A DNA stretch of 64,000 nt, from NCBI RefSeq assembly GCF_046119375.1, contig NW_027362769.1:57908001-57972000 (forward strand), given 5' to 3'. Positions 52,266 to 61,479 of this stretch are shown here, in pieces; position 1 is the first letter of the stretch; every line of letters begins with the position of its first letter. Position numbers and translations under genes: made by a program. The notes below the pieces were generated by a model. It was given only the letters and a program-made list of their open reading frames with translations. It searched no databases and had not been told where the DNA came from. This stretch comes from Phyllobates terribilis. Taxonomy: Eukaryota.

Positions 52266-54057
52266 TCAAAGGAAAGGAACGAACCCCAAATTTTCATTAA
52301 GACCCCGCGGCACCAGGGTATCTAAAGTGATAATCCACCTCGCCTCTTTTTGGGCTAGAAGACGTTTGGCATTGCCACCCCGAGAGCCCCGATGTACCAC
52401 ATCAATGCCTCGAAGTTTCAATGACCGTGAAACAGAATTGTGAACGGCCTTGAAGTGTCGAGGCAGCGTCTTAAGCTCCCGGGAATCAACGACCGACCGA
52501 GCTGCATCAATGTCCCTCACATGTTCACGAACTCTGACACGAAGCTCCCTAGAGGTTAATCCAACATCTATCAGTCCGCACCCATGTGTGGTGCTGCAAG
52601 AAACAGTGACGAATCTCAAAATAACGGGAGCCGTCAGTTCGTGAATGACGTGCTGCGTAGGACATTGATGCAGGTGTCTTTAATGTAAGATGGAAGATTT
52701 CCAACCAATGGCCGAAGATGGCCATCAATATACCGTGAAATCGGGCCACATAAGCCGGCCAATCCGGACACAATCAGACGTCCCGGCGGGTTGAGGACGT
52801 CCTTATGAATTTTTGGAAGCAAATAAACCGTGGCTGTCTTCGGAAAGCGCACCGTGAGGGCCTCCACGGTCCGCCTGTCAATGAGGCCAAAATCACAGGC
52901 ACGACCCAAAATACCCTGGAGCTCGCTAGAGAAGGAGGCCGTGGGATTAAAAGATAATCTTTTGTATGTCTGGATATCTCGAAGTTGACGTAAAGCCTCC
53001 TTCTCATATTGAGAGCAGGGCCAAAGAACGATATTCCCCCCCTTGTCTGCTGGTTTAATGACCGTGTCAGGCAAGGCCCGCAGTTGATTAAGTGCAGTGC
53101 GCTGGGAATAAGTGAGATTATCAGAACGCCTTCTTGTAGGGAGGCATTTCAGATCCTCACTCACCAGACGCACAAAAATCTCAACTGCAGGACTGAGAGA
53201 CAAAGGGGGGAACCTCGTAGACTTAGGCTGTCTTGTTTGTAATGACCCACCTGTGGTCGATGATTGAGCCTGCTCTCGAAAGAGATCTTCCAGATTTTCC
53301 AAGGCCTCCCTCTCTAGCGAAGTCACAGGATCCCCCTCACCAGGCACTCTGGAATGTAATTTTTTTAGTATTAATTTCCGGGCAAACAGATGGAGGTCCT
53401 TAAGGGCAGTGAAGTAATCAAATGAGTTGGTGGGAGAGAAAGATAAGCCCAAACTAAGGACCTCCATCTGTGCCAGCGTGAGCATGGGTGGTCAAATTAA
53501 TAACCCGGAGTTCCCCCCGGGAATCACTAACCTGATAGGGGGTAGTCCGTTTTTTCTTATTTATAGGTCTCGTCTGAATCCTTGGTGTAACCTGAGGTTC
53601 CGATGTAACACGAACAGTCGAACACTCAAGGGGAAGTGGTTCAGAGTTAGAGAATGTAGAGGAAGCCGAGGTGGACCTGGAGCGTGAGGGATGGGTACCC
53701 CGAAATCTAGACCGAGGTCTGTTATGCGGATTGCGCCATCTATAAACATTACCCGATTGTTTATCGTAGATGTCACGCTGTAATTTTTTTAAATTTAGTG
53801 GCATGAATTTCCTTAACCCATCTCTGACACTCCAGGTCGACCTCGTCATTGAGCTGTTTAAGTTTGGTAGCATCCAGCTCTTTCTGGAGATGTTTCTGGA
53901 TAAGTTCAATCTCCTTCTCCATATCACAAATAGATGAATCGTTCAGTTCCTTTAAGAGATTCAAAAATCCGAGGGAACATGAATTCACCAGATCCTCCCA
54001 TTTATTTGTAATACTCCTCGGGACCATCTGATCCATCCCCCTCCCAGACATACACAC
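52266..54057 (-). pseudogene. PLE ORF, frameshifted and internally deleted
   Basis: WEDLVNSCS..L, K(K)LQRD.YD..GNVYRW, VINL, VLSLGLSFSP, IKPADKGGNIV, YLLPKIHK...PPGRLIVS and LPSYIKDT are PLE N-terminal and RT motifs. They are fused directly to CINVLRS...TSRELRVRVREH (EN region). Frameshifts near 53785, 53485 and 52600-52640. Confidence 0.85.
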
Positions 54058-54060
54058 CTA

Positions 54061-54732
54061 TTACCTGAGAGGATCCGCTACATCTCTACATTTAACAATG
54101 AGTGGGGGATGATGCGGCGGATCCTCTCACGGCATTGGAACATTTTGGGTGCGGAATCTTCCCTTCGGGAATTTATTGGAGAATCTCCATGTATGACACC
54201 ACGGCGGTCGAACACTTTGGGGGATTTATTGGTATCCAGTCACTATGTCCCTCAGATAGCAAATCCATTTGGATCCCGCGGCCCCAGGATGGGCACCTTT
54301 CCTTGTGGACATTGTGCCGCCTGCATCAATGTCCTACGCAGCACGTCATTCACGAACTCTGACGGCTCCCGTTATTTTGAGATTCGTCACTATGTTTCTT
54401 GCAGCACCACACATGGGTGCGGACTGATAGATGTTGGATTAACCTCTAGGGAGCTTCGTGTCAGAGTTCGTGAACATGTGAGGGACATTGATGCAGCTCG
54501 GTCGGTCGTTGATTCCCGGGAGCTTAAGACGCTGCCTCGACACTTCAAGGCCGTTCACAATTCTGTTTCACGGTCATTGAAACTTCGAGGCATTGATGTG
54601 GTACATCGGGGCTCTCGGGGTGGCAATGCCAAACGTCTTCTAGCCCAAAAAGAGGCGAGGTGGATTATCACTTTAGATACCCTGGTGCCGCGGGGTCTTA
54701 ATGAAAATTTGGGGTTCGTTCCTTTCCTTTGA
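54061..54732 (+). pseudogene. PLE C-terminal fragment (thumb/linker, Zn finger, degenerate GIY-YIG endonuclease)
   Basis: Open frame LPERIRYISTFNNEW...RHWNIL...RRSNTLGDLLV...FPCGHCAAC...GCGLIDVGLTSRELRVRVREH...RHF..VH...EARWIITLDTLVPRGLNE. 5'-truncated with no RT. Confidence 0.85.
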
Positions 54733-55572
54733 TGAGATTCGTTCCCATTCTGCGCCTTTTTGCCTCTATTAGTTGTGATGAGGTGATGCCCTACCATTTG
54801 CCACTCTATTTTATGGATTCTAGTGAATTGAAGTCTATATGCTCTCCTGCGAACCTGTGCTGTAAAATATATATACTTCTATCACAAGAGGGTTTTCTCG
54901 TGTCTTTTTATTTTTATTTATTTATTTTAATTGTGTTTGTTAGTAACTATGGTGTTTTTTTCTTTTATCTAGTGATCTCTCTTCAAGGACCCTATTTCTG
55001 CCTCTACCTTTTTGATTTGACATCTTTGAATTTCCTGTTCTGCTCTAGCAACATTATGGGATGAATGATTCATCATGCCATTATTGTTTATTTTGTGTAT
55101 TTATTATGGTGAATATTTTTTCTTCTCCTTATCTGTTTATAAATATTGATTATTATTATTAGTTTTCTGTCTATCCCTTTGTTGTTTTCTCTTATGTTCT
55201 CATCCCCCCTTCTTTCACTTTTTCCCTTTCCTTTCCGTTTTCTATTAAAAGCTGCAGGATGACTGACCTGTCATTTGTTGGTATTTGTGTGGGTTGGGAC
55301 GGGGATGTGCACATGCGTTGGGTTGCTCCCGCCTCGCGTCGCCTGTCTCCATGGTGTCGGCGCTCCCCGGAAGTAGTCCATTGACACTTCCGGGTCGCGC
55401 CCGCATCATGATGGGCGGTGTGGGTTCATGCTTGGGCGGGGTCCACCCCGACGCATGCGCCGTTACTCCCCGCCCCGATCGCGGCCATCTTGAATATGTC
55501 ACGTGACTATACACGTGACATATCGGATTGGGAGGGAAATATAAAAAGGTCCTGGTACATGCACCATTAGAC

Positions 55573-55610
55573 GCCTCTTGAAAAAGCTCACGCGAAACGC
55601 GCGTCGAGGC
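55573..55610 (+). ncRNA. Minimal type-I hammerhead ribozyme motif (U3-A8 variant)
   Basis: GCCUC-UUGAAAA-A-GC-UCAC-GC-GAAA-C-GCGC-G-UC-GAGGC. Stem I GCCUC/GAGGC, 2-bp stem II, palindromic stem III ACGCGCGU, and cleavage triplet GUC (after 55605). Located in a PLE 3' repeat, where such HHRs are known. Confidence 0.75.
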
Positions 55611-57676
55611 CTCCTTGTATTTCTGGCACCCACCCTCTTGAGGTCCCTGCACCATCTGTGACACTATATTTTGGGGTAAGCGACTATTGTTCTACGAATG
55701 CTATGTATGCTGGAAGCGAATATTGAACATTTGACTGTGTCGATATTATCCCAATTTAATTTGTGTCACATTCATTTAAACATCTTACCCCTTACTATTC
55801 TTATGTATCCTTATATTTCACTCCTCTCTTATTGCTTGATTTGATGTTAGGATGATCTAGGTACGTTTATATGTTGCCCTAGATGATTGGTATATGTCCT
55901 CACAGGTTTTGGGCTGGAGACCTAATGAGGTTTTGATCCGCATGTCTGCACTTTATACTATGTATTTATCTATATGACATTTTAATGATTTATTAATAAA
56001 GTTCTTTTTATGCCAGTACACTCGTTTTTTCTCTAGTTTTGTATTGTTCTATTTGAGTTGGCAACATGGATTTGTGGTGTGGATCATTTCTTTCCACACC
56101 ACTTCTCCATACTCTCTAAAAAGTTGGCTGCTGTGTTTTTCATTATTTTTTCCATAGAAGTAATGTCTTGTTATACTAATAATATTCTAGGACAGATTTC
56201 TGTTAGGCTAAGTGCCTGTGAGCATGTGCAGTAGAAAGCACCAGGAGTGCTGAGATAAGAAGAGGCTGCTCACACTGCTGTCCATCATGTGTTTTCTGAT
56301 CTAATACTGGAGATACCAGGGGTGCTGTGGTAAGATGGGGCTGCTCACACTGATGTCCACCTTGTACATCTGATCTAATACTGGAGATACCAGGGGTGCT
56401 AAGGAAACAAGAGGCTGCTCACACTGCTGTCTGCTCTTTAGGAATGCTGAGCAGCTGCTATGACTTGGAAATGACTACATTATACCAGTACTATGAAGTC
56501 ATCTCCAGATAACAGTGGTCAAGTTTGCTACTGCACATACTGAGAGGTACCTGTGGAAGTATCATTCTAGGACAGGTTTTTGTCCAGAGTAACAAGACAG
56601 CAGTAATTTTCATATACCGCTTTAGACAAAACAAATAGAGATGGGAGAATCAATTTGCTGGACTCTGGTCTGGTCCATTAGTCAAGTCCGTAATCCGTGC
56701 CCTCTGCCTACAAATCTCCTTACCTCCAGACAATCAAAGTTCTTTTGATTAGCTGGGCTGGCGCAACAACGTGTGTGTGTCACGCCACGATGACGACGTC
56801 ACTCCAGCCTGAATAATCAAAAGAAGAGCTGGGGAATGCTGGAAGCTAAGGGGCTTCACAGGCCCTCGGCCCAGCAGTCAGATACAGACCTGGCTGATGG
56901 ACCGGATTCCTGCAAATCAATTCTCCCATCTCTAAAAAGAAGTATAAGTTGCTAATAGGACTGGAGACTGAGTACGTGCAGTAAAATACGAGCGCTGTGG
57001 ATATCCAGCTCCGCACCACATTGAATATGGATACTAAAGAGGCAGACTCTGTTCTGCTGCCAGGAGCATAAGGATCTGCAAATAACAGAGGGTTCATGTA
57101 CATTATGGTGAATTTACTGCATTCATCTCAGCCTGGTACCTGCCTAAAAACCTTGTGTCTGCATATTATAGCATATGCATGAACTCTCCATTGATTTTCT
57201 ACGCTTTGTCATTCTATAAAACATTGCCAATAAAAGTCCTGTGCAGACACCAATTTGTCAGAACCTGTGCATAGAAAATTAAAATAGACAAATGCACATT
57301 GGTATAGACGTCATAGCAGATTACTACGGATAACTATCCTCCCGACACTTCCATCCTAATGCTCCTAATGCAGATTCAATTGATTTTAAAATGTCTTTCA
57401 AAAGAGCAACAAAGGCAATAAAGTAAAAAGGGGACGCTGTCAGACGCGCTTTTCATCTAGATAAATTGCCGCTTGAGTTTGAAAACGCTAAACTGTAATT
57501 TCACGTGGGGGTGAAAAGCTCACTGTAGTCCAGTATAAAGGAGATGCGGGGAACAATGTCCCTCCAATACATTGTGGGCAGCACGGGCTGAGCGACAGTC
57601 AGGACAATCCAATAATGGACTCTGGGTCATTGCTGCACCCAAGATCTGACTATATATATATATATTATATATATAT

Positions 57677-59287
57677 AGTACAGACCAAAAGTTTGGACAC
57701 ACCTTCTCATTTAAAGATTTTTCTGTATTTTCATGACTATGAAAATTGTACATTCACACTGAAGGCATCAAAACTATGAATTAACACATGTGGAATTATA
57801 TACTTAACAAAAAAGTGGGAAACAACCGAAAATATGTCTTATATTCTAGGTTCTTCAAAGTAGCCACCTTTTGCTTTGATGACTGCTTTGCACACTCTTG
57901 GCATTCTCTTGATGAGCTTCAAGAGGTAGTCACTGAAAATGGTTTTCACTTCACAGGTGTGCCCTGTCAGGTTTAATAAGTGGGATTTCTTGCCTTATAA
58001 ATATGGTTGGGACCATCAGTTGTGTTGTGCAGTAGTCAGGTGGATACACAGCTGATAGTCCTACTGAATAGACTGTTAGAATTTGTATTATGGCAAGAAA
58101 AAAGCAGCTAAGTAAAGAAAAACGAGTGCCCATCATTACTTTAAGAAATGAAGGTCAGTCAGCCTGAAAAATTGGGAAAACTTTGAAAGTATCCCCAAGT
58201 GCTGTTGCAAAAACCATCAAGCGCTACAAAGAAACTGTCTCACATGAGGACCGCCCCAAAAAAGGAAGACCAAGAGTCACCTCTGCTTCTGAGGATAAGT
58301 GTATCCGAGTCACCAGCCTCAGAAATCGCAGGTTAACAGCAGCTCAGATTAGAGACCAGGTCAATCCCACACAGAGTTGTAGCAGCAAACACATCTCTAC
58401 AACAACTGTTAAGAGGAGACTTTGTGGAGCAGGCCTTCATGGTAAAATAGCTGCTAGGAAACCACTGCTAAGGACAGGCAACAAGCAGAAGAGACTTGTT
58501 TGGGCTAAAGAACACATGAAATGGACATTAGACCAGTGGAAATCTGTGCTTTGGTCTGATGAGTCCAAATTTGAGATCTTTGGTTCCAACCACCCTGTCT
58601 CTGTGCGACGCAGAAAAGGTGAACGGATGGACTCTACATGCCTGGTTCCCATCGTGAAGCATGGAGGAGGAGGTGTGATGGTGTGGGGGTGCTTTGCTGG
58701 TGACACTGTTGGGGATTTATTCAAAATTGAAGGCATACTGAACCAGCATGGCTACCACAGCATCTTGCAGTGGCATGCTATTCCATCGGCTTTGCATTTA
58801 GTTGGACCATCAATTATTTTTCAACAGGACAATGACCCCAAACACACCTCCAGGCCATGTAAGGGGCTATTTGACCAAGAAGGAGAGTGATGGGGTGCTA
58901 CGCCAGATGACCTGGCCTCCACAGTCACCAGACCTGAACCCAATCGAGATGGTTTGGGGTGAGCTGGACCGCAGAGTGAAGGCAAAAGGGCCAACAAGTG
59001 CTAAGCATCTCTGGGAACTCCTTCAAGATTTTTGAAAGACCATTTCCGGTGACTACCTCTTGAAGCTCATCAAGAGAATGTCAAGAGTGTGCAAAGCAGT
59101 CATCAAAGAAAAAGGTGGCTATTTTGAAGAACCTAGAATATAAGACATATTTTCAGTTGTTTCAAACTTTTTTGTTAAGTATATAATTCCTCATGTGTTA
59201 ATTCATAGTTTTGATGCTTTCAGTGTGAATGTACAATTTTCATAGTCATGAAAATACAGAAAAATCTTTAAATGAGAAGGTGTGTCC
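57677..59287 (+). mobile_element. Tc1 DNA transposon, family C
   Basis: AGTACAGACCAAAAGTTTGGACAC after a TA-rich tract. Long (about 265-bp) TIRs. The right end runs into the N gap. Confidence 0.92.
58090..59143 (+). pseudogene. Tc1 DD34E transposase with premature stop and frameshift
   Basis: ATG 58090 MARKKQL, in-frame TGA at 58165-58167, [17 protein letters not shown], frameshift near 58862, then SPDLNPIE. Confidence 0.9.
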
Positions 59288-59447
59288 NNNNNNNNNNNNN
59301 NNNNNNNNNNNNNNNNNNNNNNNNNNNNNNNNNNNNNNNNNNNNNNNNNNNNNNNNNNNNNNNNNNNNNNNNNNNNNNNNNNNNNNNNNNNNNNNNNNNN
59401 NNNNNNNNNNNNNNNNNNNNNNNNNNNNNNNNNNNNNNNNNNNNNNN
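59288..59447. other. Assembly gap (N run)
   Basis: 160 N bases between two Tc1 termini. Confidence 1.
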
Positions 59448-59545
59448 GTATTGGCACCCCTGCAATTCTGTCAGATAATACTCAGTTTCTTCCTGAAAAT
59501 GATTGCAATCACAAATTCTTTGGTATTATTATCTTCATTTAATTC
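59448..59545. mobile_element. Terminal fragment of a further Tc1-like element
   Basis: GTATTGGCACCCCTGCAATTCTGTCAGATAATACTC is a Tc1-type TIR continuation emerging from the gap. Confidence 0.5.
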
Positions 59546-59633
59546 AGCTAATTATTAGCTTGTTTTTCTTGAAAGAAATGAGCCAAAAAAGATTTAACTG
59601 ATTCTAAAGAGCCAAAAATTGTTAAAATCCTTA

Positions 59634-60040
59634 GGCTACGTTCCCACGATGAGCTTTTGATCAGTTTTTGATGCTGCACAATTTCGGCACCTATTATTTC
59701 AATTAGGTTGCTTGCAGTTTTTCATTGCGCTTGTGTGCATTTTCTTAACATGTGTTATCACTGCATTTTTTGGTCTCGGTGTGTCATGCTTTAAATAAAG
59801 CGGCTTTATTTTTGATCCTTCCTGTTTTTCGGCTTTGACAAAACTTTATTGACATACTTAGGTCAGATTGCATGAGTTTTTGATTCATTTCTGCTGTGGA
59901 AACACACTAAAAACGCATGTTTTGTTTTTACCTGCAGATTTTCCGCATCTAATTTAAGTCTATGGGGAAAATCAGAAAACTCAGCGTACCCACAAGAGAA
60001 AGTGACATGTTGTGGATTTGAAACACGCACCGTAGATCCG
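59634..60040. mobile_element. Partial Harbinger-type MITE
   Basis: TTA|GGCTACGTTCCCACG terminus with TGCG/CGCA-rich interior. Confidence 0.5.
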
Positions 60041-60968
60041 CTTATGCTGCGTTAAAAAGTTTTTTTGTAAATCGTCAACAGGTTCGTAAAAAAAATTGTT
60101 GCGAAAAAAAGCAGCACATTAGCTGCCAAAGAATTAAGAGGACTCACACATGAAGCGATCAGAAACCCATTCTCCTCCAGATCTGTCATATTCCAGAGCT
60201 GCAACCTCCCTGAAGCGTCCAGAAGTACAAGGTGTTCAGTAGAGATGAGCGTTGTTCTACTCGAACTGTTCGCCAATCTCAAATTCGAGCTGTTTTGGGC
60301 GGTGTTCGAGCCGTTCGGCGAACACGAACGATTTTAGAAAAATACGGCTGTTCGAGGTTATGTTCGGGGTGGGGGGAGGGGCAGGGGATGGATCTCTGCA
60401 GGAACAATGAAGATCTCCATTTTTTTTTTCTCTTTCCCGCATTTGCAGTGGGGAGGTGCAATCTGTCAGCCTATCAGCAGCGCACACACGGAGCGAAGTG
60501 CTTTTTTTCACACAAGCAAGGGCATGTGTCATTGGCAGTGTATGTCACATGTCCTTGCCCTATAAGACCAAGCCATTTTCCCCGTCGCCACCATTTTCTC
60601 ACTGCTGCAGCTGCGTGTTAGACGGCACCGCTGTTGCTGTGTGCGCTATACCTTGTTAATTTCAAGCCAATTTTCGCACAAATCTACAGATAGCTTGGGA
60701 GTAGGGAATAGTTGTGATTGCAGTCCTTTTCAGGACTAGGTTACATCAGTTCCTATCAGTTTTTGCCAGGCAGGTCTGTGCCAGTGCTGTGCAAGTTTTT
60801 TTCACAGCATTTGGCTGAATCTAGCAAAGCTAATCCTTTTTGGCCTATTGCAGAGTGTGTTAGTCAGTGGAGTAGCCTATCTGTGTTGCAAGATATACCA
60901 CCTGTGTATAGAATACCAATTTTTTTACTGCACCTAGTGAAGTAAAATCTTTTGGGCATAGCATCATT

Positions 60969-61371
60969 CTATTAGTCCATCTATACTGACCTCCATCAGG
61001 TTGCAAATTGAATATAATTTTTTTCTGCATCTAGCTCTGAAAAAATATTTGGGCTTCTAGCAGTGTGTGGGACTTTCTCTATTAGTCCATCTATACTGAC
61101 CTCCATCAGGTTTCAAATTAAAAATAATTTTTATCTGCATCTACCTCTGAAAAAATATTTGGGCTTCTAGCTGTGTTTGGGACTTGTTCTATTAGTCCAT
61201 CTATACTGACCTCCATCAGGTTGCAAATTAAAAATAATTTTTTTCTGCATCTAGCTCTGAAAAAATATTTGGGCTTCTAGCTGTGTGTAGGACTTGTTCT
61301 ATTAGTCCATCTATACTGACCTCCATCAGGTTGCAAATTGAATATAATTTTTTTCTGCATCTAACCCAGCC
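60969..61371. repeat. 110-bp tandem repeat, about 3.7 copies
   Basis: ATTAGTCCATCTATACTGACCTCCATCAGG recurs at 60971, 61081, 61191 and 61301. Confidence 0.95.
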
Positions 61372-61479
61372 AATAGTTTTGGCCTAATACCACAGTTTGG
61401 CCACTCAGCTCTGCTCGGTTCCCATCCATTGTTTTTTTGTGCAAACAACTCCAAAGTTGTGAATTAGTTAACCACCAAA

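Larger units (their letters stand above)
50951..56044. mobile_element. Penelope-like retroelement (PLE) with inverted partial repeat
   Basis: Minus-strand unit 54057 to 50951 (N-terminal region, RT N-half, EN region, 3' tail) is joined head-to-head to a plus-strand 3' partial copy from about 54058 to 56044. 50951-52674 is the reverse complement of 54320-56044. Confidence 0.9.

Noticed and set aside
51934-52269. Hydrophobic 111-aa ORF (duplicated at 54729..55064)
   Set aside because: T-rich PLE 3' untranslated tail. The hydrophobicity follows from base composition.
50951-56044. Idea that the large inverted repeat is a pure assembly artefact
   Set aside because: The arms differ by substitutions and indels, and the spacer holds strand-specific unique PLE sequence, which a fold-back artefact would not produce.
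60052-60282. Short ORF with a WD-repeat-looking phrase (LVLLDASGRLQLWNM)
   Set aside because: It spans the hAT end and MITE debris, has no convincing splice sites, and the resemblance is too short to support.
60969-61371. Possible CRISPR-like array (also considered for 17405-17536)
   Set aside because: Whole units repeat with no unique spacers, there are no cas genes, and the context is eukaryotic.
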